Under the pieces are notes generated by a model. The model was not told the DNA's origin. It saw only the letters and a program-made list of their open reading frames with translations, and ran no database searches. The translations under genes and the position numbers were made by a program. Positions 53,541-64,000 of a DNA stretch of 64,000 nucleotides are shown here, piece after piece; position 1 is the stretch's first letter, and the number at the start of each line of letters is the position of its first letter. This DNA comes from Macrostomum lignano (taxonomy: Eukaryota): the NCBI GenBank assembly GCA_002269645.1, contig NIVC01001063.1:159785-223784 (forward strand), written 5' to 3'.

Positions 53541-54204
53541 GCACTGACCTACGAGGTGCGAACAAACACGAGAAATCAAACTGAAATGTGCTAATTTCAA
53601 CAGTCCCAGACTTCCATTGTTCCTACAAAATTTTAAACAGCGGGGCAGGACCTCCTGCGGGGCAGACCCATAGAAATTTTTCCGGTTTCCAAGATATTAT
53701 TGACTTATAGGGAATAAACACATACCGTACGAGCTTAAATTTGAGCTCAAAGTTCGAGCTCAAATCCTAAATATTTAAACATCGCCACATGAGCACGGAG
53801 TCACAACATAGTTTGAATATAATGGAAAGCGCACGTAAATAAGCGAAAAGCGGTATCCAACGGGGCAACACGAGCAAACTTTCAATACGCTAATTGGGAG
53901 GGGATTAAGCAATCACGGCTGACTACCATTCTGCCACTCAGCGGGGGTCGAACGGGAGACTAACTCCTCCACGCTCCTTCCAGTGATTTTTTTAGAATAG
54001 TTTTTGGCTCTTAGCAAAGACAGCGCACTGCCCCCCCCCATCCACCAGAAGGTGGGTGGGCATATTCTCGATTGGATATTCTACAACAATATCTCTCCCG
54101 CGTTGCCTTCTAGCTGGCCTCAGCTGGTACAAGTCGGACACTTTTTCAAACATAGGCTTCTTTCCTATGTTTGCTATCTATCTTTCCTATCTTTCCTTCT
54201 TTCC

Positions 54205-54480
54205 TAAGGGGAGAGAGTGGAGACCAGAGATAAATGAGAAGAGAGAGCAAAGATGAAAGAGAAGAGAGGTGAGGGAAGATCGACGAGAGAGATGGGAGAG
54301 AGGAGATAGGAAAGAAGAGAAGAGAGAGAGAGAGAGAGAGAAGAGAGAGAGAGGAAACAAAAGAGAAGATAGAAGTTTCAAAGGATATGAGGGACATAGA
54401 GAGACAGCAGGCCAGAGATTTTGACGATACATGTTTTCGAAAGACAAGTTTTTGTTTGAGTATGACTTCAGATTTTAGAA
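54205..54480 (+). mobile_element. Dispersed fragment of the array unit (GA block, Charlie right end, 3' linker)
   Basis: TTTCAAAGGAT...GGCCAGAGATTTTGACGATACATG...ACAAGTTTTTGTTTGAGTATGACTTCAGATTTTAGAA matches the unit tails. Confidence 0.65.
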
Positions 54481-54487
54481 CTAGATA

Positions 54488-54715
54488 TAAGCTGAGCTGA
54501 GAGAGAAGATGAAAGTAGAGGCTGAGAGTAGAGAGAGGCTGAGAGCAGAGAGGGGCTGAGAACAGAGAGGGGCTGAGAGTAGAGAGGGGCTGGGGATAGA
54601 GGTTGAGAGTGGATAGAGGCTGAGAGTAGAGAGAGGCTGAGAGTGGAGAGGCTGAGAATAGAGAGTTTGAGAGTAGATAGAGGCTGAGAGTAGAGAGATT
54701 GAGAGTAGAGAGGCT
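54488..54715. repeat. ~20-bp minisatellite
   Basis: Tandem GGCTGAGAGTAGAGAG(A/G)G units. Confidence 0.8.
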
Positions 54716-54792
54716 AGTTCACGTTGTTCTCAATCCCATTCCACTATACATGTAGTTTTTATCTAATGTGACTAAGCCAGGTGCTTTTAGTG

Positions 54793-55520
54793 CAGGGGTT
54801 GGCAAACTTTTTACCTCGATTGAGAACCCAGCTCATGACTGCCCTTCTAGTCCGCTTCGTTGGCCCCCAAAGCGAAGCGAGGAGTCCTGATGACAGAGCG
54901 GGCCAGAGGTGAGGAGAGAGGGTAAGGAATAGAGAAGAGAAATACAAGCATAGGATAAAGGAGAGGCGAAGGAATAAAGGAGAAGAGAGTTGATGAGAGA
55001 GAGATTAAATACGAGCGGAGAGAGAGGAGAAGGGAGATTAATGGAGAGGAGAAAGGAGGAAAGGGAGAAGAGAATGAAGAGGAAAAGGAAGATGAGAGCA
55101 GAGGTGAGGAGAGAGGAGAGAAGAGAGGAGAGGAGAGAGGTGGGGAGAGGAGAGAGGAGAGGGCAGAGATGAGAGAGAGAAAAGATGAGAGGAGAGGGCA
55201 GACATGAGAGAGAAAAGATGAGACAAGAGGGCAGACATGAGAGAGAGAATAGATGAGAGAGAGAGAGGGCAAGAGATGAGAGGAGAGGGCAGAGATAAGA
55301 GAGAGAAAGATGATACAGGAGAGGGCAGAGATGAGAGAGAAAAGAGAGAAGAGGGCAGACATGAGAGAGAATAGATGAGAGAGAGGAGAGGGCAAGAGAT
55401 GAGAGAGGAGTGGGCAGAGATGAGAGAGAGAAAAGATTAGAGACGAGAGGGCTGAGATGACAGAGAAAAGATAAGAGACGAGAGTGCAGAGATGAGAGAA
55501 AAGATGAGAGACAAGAGGGC
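54793..55520 (+). mobile_element. Charlie-like hAT left end followed by GA-rich interior
   Basis: CAGGGGTTGGCAAACTTTTT...CCAGCTCATG...GCGGGCCAG, then a purine block, as in the array units. Confidence 0.6.
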
Positions 55521-58082
55521 ACTCCAATTTTTGCTTACTTCTATCATAACTAATAACTTTACCCTCTGCCTTTAACTTTTAACATATACAAACAACACGT
55601 CAGTTTTAGTATATTGAGATAGGTTTGAAACTATTATCCATGATACAAAAATTAAATGTCTTGTGCTAGTAGTGCTACTATAGCTTTAGTAGGTAGTAAT
55701 ACCTGCTGTAAAGGGAAGTGTTTTTTGTTTTACTTAGTCTAATTTCACCAACGAAATCTGTTTTCTCCGAGACTTGAAGCTACGTCATACCCCACCCCAA
55801 TCACAGCCAATAGGAAATGAGGAAATATATAGGTACCTATTCCTATCCAAGTAGCCATTCAGAGCTGTGGCCATCTTGGTCATGTGCCATTGCTAAATAT
55901 TGTTTTCATTGGACATAATAGCAAACAAACTATCTACCTTAGCTAATTTGCATAGACCTCCAGCAAACAAACCAATAGCAGAAAAAATGACCTATACCTA
56001 AATATAGGCCTAGCCAATGCATATCACGAACTAAGCAAATGGCATGATTCCATTGATGACGATGACCTACTTACTTTTCATCCCTTGGTTAGTTATTTTA
56101 TTCTACTTGTTGTCCAGTGTATAGCCACCCTACTCCTACTATATATATTTTAATAATGATGGTTTAAAATTGTTAAAAATAAAGTTATATAAAGAATATA
56201 ATATAGTTGGGAGTTTGGCAATATAACCCTGAAATGATAAAACAATGCAACTACTAAGTTAAGTAAGGTATATGAATCTCTATAAAATTCAAAAGTAGGC
56301 CAAGTATTCAAAACAAAATAAAATTAAAATTTTGTCCAGGGGCCAAAGCACAAGGGCTGCAGGTTATGCCATGCCCATAAATATGCAATTTTTTGACAGT
56401 ATCTGTACCAGCTATACTGTTTTTCTATTCTACAAAGCATTGTTTATTAAAATTATTATAGGAATTTTTTAGATTTAGCATTAATGAATGAAGTACTGAG
56501 TATGAGGCAGTATATTTATAGGCCTAATAGTAAATAAAACTTGGTCTATTTAGGCCTGGGCCGTTTGGCGCCTGGTACTGGTACCATAGGCATAGCCGCA
56601 TAGGCATAATAAGCCAAGAATAGGGCCTAGGCCAACACTACAACACACGATAACAAGATTGAATTAGATTGATAATGACATTTAATGAAGGTAAATTTAC
56701 CTTCGCGGATTTCAATTTGTATAAAAACGTATATCTATTAGTAAACAAGGCCGAGGACTTATTGTATTGGCATATGATATTGTATTGACGGCCTGACGGG
56801 TTGGTTCAGTGTTGAGTCGACTACTGGCGGATTTGACCGATGATTCCAAGAAAGTGATATTTTAAAAATTACGCAAAGTTAACAAAAGGGCCAATGAATT
56901 AAAATCCTATATGAAAGCCTATAGTTCAAAATAAAAAGCAGAAAAATTAACCTTAAAAATTTTTTGCGCAGTTAAATATGGACCGCTGTATACTTCAAGG
57001 CGTTGGCTTATGACAAGACGCCTGATAAATTGATATGCTAACATTTTTTAGCTGATGAAATTCTATCACGTCACAGTGCACGGACTACTTAAGTAGATAT
57101 AAACGACAATTAAGTAGTCCGTGTCACAGTGATGACACGAAAATTTAATGCATGCACAATCTTGCGCGTGAGTGGTCAGTGCAGTAAGTGAGAGAAGCCC
57201 AGGAGGTAAGACCCCAGAAGGAGGCGGAGGGGCCACGAGGTTTGCTGCAGCATAAAAAACCGAACTCAGGACGAATCTAATCATATCTAATTCAAAATTT
57301 AGATTTTGTATTTTCTTAGAATTTGCATTTTGAATTTCCAAATTTTGGATTTTTCTCCAAATCCAATCTTATGCAGTTGTCTACATTTGATACATAAAGA
57401 ATATCTGTCGTTATCTCTGATTTTTATTTTATTCCGCACTGTGGCAGAAAAAACATTTTGAATACAGAAGTTACTACTGGGCTGCAGTAACCGACGAGGG
57501 CCAAAGTGCAGAAATCCAGTGGGTTGGGCAGTTAAGGCATTTCAATTCTGTAGTTGAGGCACTCCCTGTCCTGTAGTTGAGGCACTTCCAGTCCTGGTAC
57601 ATGTAGTTGAGGCACTATCAGTCCTGTAGTTGAGGCACTCCTCAAATGAGTAAAATTGATGTGAAAAGGCTCGAATTTGCTTCAACATGCCCTCAGTAGT
57701 AAGACAGGAGGTTTTCAGAGGCCGTGGAACTTTTCAAAGATATTTTTAGTTCTGCTTTAAAGTCAAAGTTAGCGCGGCAAAAAAATTTTTTTAGGGAACA
57801 TGTGATCCCGCATTTCAACGTGAGGGCAACTGACCCCCTTGAACTCTGGATTATGACAGAAATCTCCGAACTCTGTGCATGGATTTGTCCAGGATTTTTT
57901 ACAACACAGGAAAAGGAAATAAACATTTCATGAACTGTTCTCGACTGGAGATTGCCTGCAGCAAAATTCTTTCTTCAAAGATTATTATTCATCAAAAATT
58001 GTTGTTGAAAGCACGCGGTTATGCCTGTCGCTTGTTTCAATGATCTCAACCAGCATTTCAAATTTAATTAGATAAGAGTCAG

Positions 58083-58258
58083 GGGCTGTGTGCACCTTGG
58101 TGCACTTTACTTTAAGCGACATATTGCCACTGCCAACCGGCAGGAGGCATTACTGCCCATACGCACAGGCACACACTCACAACACAGGAGTGTTCAGCGG
58201 CCCTATTAACTTATCGTTAGGCACGTATACGAGTACACTTCACTGTGCCTTGGTGGGA
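58083..58258 (-). mobile_element. Truncated, diverged copy of the tRNA-SINE body
   Basis: The reverse complement aligns to ~525-720 (CAGTGAAGTGTAC, AGGGCCGCTG(A/T)ACACTCCTGTG, ATGGGCAGTAATGCCTC, ATGTCGCTTAAAGT, GGTGCACACA). Confidence 0.75.
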
Positions 58259-58296
58259 TTAATTAATTAATGAAATCTTAATATTATCATTGAAAA

Positions 58297-59987
58297 GGGT
58301 CTACGACGTTTGCCTGCGGGACGTTTGCCAGCCGACGTTTGCCTGCGGGACGTTTGCCAGCCGACATTTGCCAGCCGACGTTTGCCAGCCGACGTTTGCC
58401 AGCGGGACGTTTGCCAGCCGAAGTTTGCCTGCCGGACGTTTGCCTGCGGGACGTTTGCCAGCCGACGTTTGCCAGCCGACGTTTGCCAGCCGACGTTTGC
58501 CAGCCGACATTTGCCAGCCGACATTTGCCAGCCGACATTTGCCAGCCGACATTTGCCAGCCGACGTTTGCCAGCCGACGTTTGCCAGCCGACATTTGCCA
58601 GCCGACATTTGCCAGCCGACATTTGCCAGCCTACGTTTGCCAGCCGACGTTTGCCTGCCGGACGTTTGCCAGCCGACGTTTGCCAGCCGACGTTTGCCTG
58701 CCGGAAGTTTGCCAGCCAAAATTTGCTAGCCAATATAAAGCCAGTCAGTGAAAAATTTGATACTGAAACATTCGCAGTTTAGCGGTTTGACAAAAACCAT
58801 TTTTACTCCAACTTTTTGACGGTTATTCGCATGTATACAAGTTTGAAAGCAAATCTATAAATTATGCAATTATGCATTATGCAATTTATATATTATGCAA
58901 TTTATATAGATTTACATCTAATATCCAGTTTAACAACGATTTTCTTTGAATGTGAAAATATTGTTTACTTTTGACAATTGTGTATCGTTTTTCCCAGTTT
59001 GAGATGTTTGATTTTTGATGTGCGAAAGAAGACGCGCAGATTACAACGGGAATCTCCAGCGATTAAGTTATGAGGCAAACAAAAAGAGCTGCTGAGCGGT
59101 AATTCTGGCTCATATATTTCTCAGTTCATGGGGAGATCCAAAAGTAAGCAAATTGATTCCAATCTGTTGTATTACTACTCAAGTAAGCCAGGAAACCGCG
59201 ATCTCAACGTACATGTGTAGACGAGTCGAATGCGGTACGTTTTTATAGTAAGCTATATAGCTGAATAGCCAGACAAGCCGCCAGTAGCAAGCTAGTAGAA
59301 TAGCAAGCGCTAGACACTACGTATGCAAAGCTTAGTCACGCCAAGGACTACTAAAGTAGAAGTACGCAGCACTCGAAATCTATGAAAAATGTTTTGAAGG
59401 CCATAGGGAGATAGGAAGTTTTCATCTTTTCAGCACAACAATTGTTATTGCTTTCATACGAGGCAAACCCAATGTTCATCTTTTGATATGTTGTGCCAAA
59501 ATCGTTGTTAAACTAGATATTAGACGTTAGACTGATGAACTGCATAATTTATAGATTTGCTTTCAAACTTGTATACATGCGAATAACCGTCAAAAAGTTG
59601 GAGTAAAAATGGTTTTTGTCAAACCGCTAAACTGCGAATGTTTCAGTATCAAATTTTTCACTGACTGGCTTTATATTGGCTAGCAAATTTTGGCTGGCAA
59701 ACTTCCGGCAGGCAAACGTCGGCTGGCAAACGTCGGCTGGCAAACGTCCGGCAGGCAAACGTCCGGCAGGCAAACTTCGGCTGGCAAACATCCCGCTGGC
59801 AAACGTCGGCTGGCAAACGTCGGCTGGCAAATGTCGGCTGGCAAACGTCCCGCAGGCAAACGTCGGCTGGCAAACGTCCGGCAGGCAAACTTCGGCTGGC
59901 AAACGTCCCACTGGCAAACGTCGGCTGGCAAACGTCGGCTGGCAAATGTCGGCTGGCAAACGTCCCGCAGGCAAACGTCGCTATCCC
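58297..59987. mobile_element. Mutator-like foldback element with minisatellite-containing long TIRs
   Basis: GGG...CCC termini, perfect 9-bp TSD CATTGAAAA (58288-58296, 59988-59996), and inverted arms (~58297-58955 / ~59490-59987) containing 14-bp GCCAGCCGACGTTT tandem repeats. Confidence 0.88.
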
Positions 59988-60239
59988 CATTGAAAATGCA
60001 CTAATGTCAGTTTATTTTTCCTCATATCAGCTTGATTGCGAAATCAGTCCATACGAGCCCTGTGGATGTGAATTGCGTGCGTCACTTGGGGCTGAGATCT
60101 GAGGAAAGTTGACCACTGGTTTTGGGGTGGAAACTTTAACATGTTGCTGTGTGTATATCTGATATTGGCCTAAATCAAATTTCTCCAACTTATGAATAAA
60201 TCTCTTGCCAGCACAAAACCGAGCCAAACACCAATAGGC

Positions 60240-60500
60240 CAGGGATCTGCAAACTCCGGCCTCTCGTATCCGGGCCTCGGGTCCTTTGGAACTTCAATAG
60301 CAATCCGGCCCGCTAAAGGCTTGTCCTTGTCCTCTTTTCACCTCTCTTCTCTGTTCAATTTCTTCTCTTTTCTCTTTTCCCTCTCCTCTCCTCTCCTCTC
60401 TCTTTGCTCCTCTATCCTCTCTCCTATTTCCACTCCTATTTCGTCAGTCCTCTTTTCTCCTTTATCTTTATCTTTATCTCCTCTAGCCTCTACTTTCTCA
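60240..60500 (-). mobile_element. Charlie-like hAT right end followed by CT-rich interior
   Basis: CAGGGATCTGCAAACTCCGGCC...GGCCCGC, then a pyrimidine tract. Confidence 0.5.
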
Positions 60501-60654
60501 TGAGTCGGGACTCGTGGAACAAACTAACTGGGACTTTCATATCAACTTTCAAAGAAATTCCCATATGTTTAAAGCGATCCGCGATGCCAAGCATAAAAGG
60601 AGCCTGTATTAAAGCTTGAGAAGAGTCGGGAGAGGAATCGTGCGGGGCCAGTAG

Positions 60655-63617
60655 GGGGGGGGGGCAGAATGGCAGCTGGCCACTCCAATTGGATGGGAGA
60701 ATTCTGCAGCAGCCAATGGGAAATTGCCGCCTGAAACTGCGATGAAGAAGACCCAGCGACCGCAGCCTCCCCAATCCCGCGCTCCCAACTCCGTCAAAGC
60801 TGGGAGACAAGTGAAATTTCTGCTGCCACAGAAGGAATTTTGCTTTCGCCAAGATTGTCGACTCGATTCTCTGAAAGCAGCAGAAATTCTTGAGTTGCAC
60901 CGGCTCGGAATGACCTTGAGACCGCCCGCTATGGAGGCCTTCTCTTTGCAGGTGAGTTGCGATGGAAAACTCACTAAGTTTCTTTTTCTAAAATTTATGC
61001 ACAATGGCTCTCTTCTAATTCGTATTGTATACTGTTGTTAACTGCTCCAATGCGGCGAGTGAGCTGAATTGCTATATCAATCCTCCATACTACAAGCAGA
61101 ACTGGCACCTATCGCTGATTCTTAGAAACAGAACTGGCTCCCATCGCTGATTCTTAGAAACAGAACTGGCTCCTATCGCTGATTCTTAGAAACAGAACTG
61201 GCTCCTATCGCTGATTCTTAGAAACAGAACTGGCTCCTATCGCTGATTCTTAGAAACAGAACTGGCTCCTATCGCTGATTCTTAGAAAAGAACTGGCTCC
61301 TATCGCTGATTCTTAGAAACAGAACTGGCTCCTATCGCTGATTCTTAGAAACAGAACTGGCTCCTATCGCTGATTCTTAGAAACAGAACTGGCTCCTATC
61401 GCTGATTCTTAGAAACAGAACTGGCTCCTATCGCTGATTCTTAGAAACAGAACTGGCTCCTATCGCTGATTCTTAGAAACACAACTGGACTCTGTCACCA
61501 ATTCTTAGAAACAGAACTGAATCCTGTACCTGATTTTTAGAAACAGAAATGGATCCAGTCACAAATTCTTAAAAACAGAACTGGGATCCAGTCACCGATT
61601 CTTAGAAACAGAACTGGGATCCAGTCACCAATTCTTAGAAACAGAAATGGGATCCAGTCACCAATTCTTAGAAACAGAAATGGGATCCAGTCACCGATTC
61701 TTAGAAACAGAAATGGATCCAGTCACCGATTCTTAGAAACAGAAATGGACCCAGTCATCGATTCTTAGAAACAGATCCAGTCACCAATTCTTAGAAACAG
61801 AAATGGAATATGTCACTGATTCTCAGAAACAGAAATGGATCCAGTCACCAATTCTTAGAAACAGAAATGGATCCAGTCACCGATTCTTAGAAACAGAAAT
61901 GGATCCAGTCATCGATTCTTAGAAACAGATCCAGTCACCAATTCTTAGAAACAGAAATGGAATATGTCACTGATTCTCAGAAACAGAAATGGATCCAGTC
62001 ACCAATTCTTAGAAACAGAAATGGATCCAATCACCGATTCTTAGAAACAGAAATAGAATATGTCACCGATTCTTAGAAACAGAACTGGGATCCAGTCACC
62101 GATTCTTAGAAACAGAACTGGGATCCAGTCACCGATTCTTAGAAACAGAAATCGATCCAGTCACCGATTCCTAGAAACAGAAACTGTATTCTGTCACAGA
62201 ATCTTAGAATTGAAATATTCTTAGTCACGGACAAGCTCTCAGAACTTATACTCGCTTTGAGATGGAACAAATCTTGCATTAGAACTGTTCCAATTATGTC
62301 AGTTTATTTGAAACACATTTCAGGTAAATCTATGTAGAACTATATGCGCTCTTTGGCCCGAAATTGAGGTCTTAGAGTCACATTAAACAACGCGCCGCAT
62401 GGATCAAATGTGTTTTGATGAAAAACATCCCGAAAACAATCTTATAAGTTAATACTCGTACTTCCCCGTCGAAAGTGGGGGGACTTCATATTTGTGTTGG
62501 AACGCGGCAAATTTGATGCTATTGATTTTAATCCTAGAGGCGCGGCTGATAGTGCGGGGGCCATATAAATTAATCAGTGCCACCCTGTGGGAGGCTTTCT
62601 TGACTTCCCGGCGCCACGCCGGCTTTGTTGCGCCAACCCGAGCCCCAATAAGTCACTTCGATTCTCCCAGATGTTGCGCAATCGCGCAGCAGTTCTGCCG
62701 CCGCACCGAGCAACCATGGTAATGCGCGGCCATCCCAGGCTTCTGAATACCGATCCCCCAATCAGTGGAGCTTTTTACGACCTGCGTCTCTCTGCAGGTG
62801 GTTTCGCGCGGGACAGGGGGAACCAGCACAAAGAATTGGTCTTCTAGGAAAGAAAGACAGCCATGCGATGGCGGAGTCAATAAAAATAATGAATCTGCAG
62901 CCGGCCCTGTCTCCAGCCTCTCTCTCTCATCATCACTCTTCTCCTCTACATCAAGACATTCGTATTGTCTTGCTTTCCCTGTTTCTTCACTATATTGTGG
63001 GTCCTTGGCCCCTCCCTCGCGGCCAGGCCCATGGCAACTAACTGCATTCGGACCCAGGGGCTTAACAAGGAGCCTGGACAAAGTTTGATGATGGGCCGAG
63101 GGCCGCGGAGACACGCGCGCTGCAACTGCAGGGGACGAGAGAGAACCGACGGACGCTCCCTGCAGCCCCTCCGATCGGAGAATTAAGTGACATTCAAGAC
63201 CTTGTCTTCGCTTTCAGTATAGGGGAAAGGGCGCGACGTTAATTTGTAGTTTCTAGGAAACCCGGGTGTTTACGGAACAGACGGACTGGGGAGGGCCTTG
63301 CAATCCGAACAGATTCGGGAGACAGGCCGATGGGCCGCCGGTTCTGCAGACGTCCACTGAAGCTGGCGCGGAGTCACTGGACCGGACGGAACTCTGGGGA
63401 TTTTGCAGCAACATCGGAGCGATGGGACAGCGCGGGGCAAAGAAAACAGACGACAGTGCTGCAGACAGCCGGACCTCCAGTTCAAGATTCATCGAAGACA
63501 ATTTCTGGAAGTCTTTATAAATTAATTCTCCTGCAGTTCCAAGGCGTCATCAAAAGCTTAGAATTTGTACAATCAAATTTTATCAAAGAGCTTATAGGAA
63601 GTGGGGCGTCTAGTTAG
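60655..63617 (+). other. Candidate unidentified spliced gene or pseudogene
   Basis: Open frame 60655-60950 ends at a strong CAG|GTGAGT donor, followed by a minisatellite-filled interval and acceptor-preceded open segments (62800, 63257, 63534). No recognisable domain. Confidence 0.25.
61097..62190. repeat. 32-bp minisatellite with two variant domains
   Basis: GAACTGGCTCCTATCGCTGATTCTTAGAAACA units to ~61485, then GAAATGGATCCAGTCACC(A/G)ATTCTTAGAAACA variants. Confidence 0.92.
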
Positions 63618-64000
63618 CAGAATCCAGCAGGTGTTGTGTAGCAAAACCCGGCCTGCGCACGTGTTCAACTTTTGAATTGGTTCCACAGGCGATAACAACA
63701 CTGGCTAAAGATGTGTCCGGAAGCGAGTCCTCATCAACAAAGCTGTAAATTCTTGAACTGAAGTTCGCTTCAGTCCTTAGGGGAGCGACTGCTGCAACCC
63801 GGGGCGAATCGAAAAGCAGAAAATGTCGACCTTAAAAAGAATTTCGTTTTGCCTGAGACACGTGCAGAGGTGTCAGGAGGGACACAAGCGAAAACAACAA
63901 GTCAGTAGGCAACAGGCCGCACAGCAGGCCAATATAAGACTAAATATCGATAGATTAAACAAACATTTCGTTACATGCATGGGGAGTTGGAGTTGGGATG

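Noticed and set aside
54025-54100. HQKVGGHILDWIF resembling a LINE endonuclease motif
   Set aside because: Too short, with no supporting flanking motifs.
48818-55881. Perfect 16-bp inverted match GACCAAGATGGCCACA as TIRs of a 7-kb element
   Set aside because: Similarity does not extend outward and there is no TSD; more likely a short recurrent motif.
58267-60004. Repetitive Cys/Trp-rich ORFs in several frames
   Set aside because: Translations of the 14-bp repeat in the foldback arms.

Overview
Eukaryotic (metazoan) genomic DNA, very repeat-rich, with GC-rich exons and minisatellite-filled introns. The style and the LINE RT family suggest a Macrostomum-like flatworm (inference, not verified). 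Four intact spliced genes were assembled by hand with GT-AG sites and phases checked: HSD17B7-like 3-ketosteroid reductase (+, 3 exons), XPNPEP1 aminopeptidase P (+, 6 exons), TP53RK/Bud32 kinase (-, 2 exons) and a synaptobrevin/VAMP (-, 6 small exons, absent from the ORF track). Bases 879-19815 are a head-to-tail array of six composite non-autonomous Helitron-like units (A|TC...CTTG|T). Most units carry a Charlie-like hAT relic filled with GA-rich DNA, and two carry a young 941-bp hAT MITE. Other mobile DNA: a tRNA-derived SINE, a Penelope-type hairpin insertion with a minimal hammerhead ribozyme, a Kolobok-like TIR element carrying BEL/Pao gag, an RTE-like LINE relic, a Tc1/IS630 fragment, a THAP TIR element, a PHD-FLYWCH relic and a Mutator-like foldback. 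The most unusual signal is a hAT family (two copies, 8-bp TSDs) whose right subterminus carries a ~65-nt piece of 28S rRNA spanning the R2/I-PpoI target site, with that site itself mutated. Most ORF-track entries are artefacts of simple repeats. All comparisons to known sequences are from memory; no searches were run.
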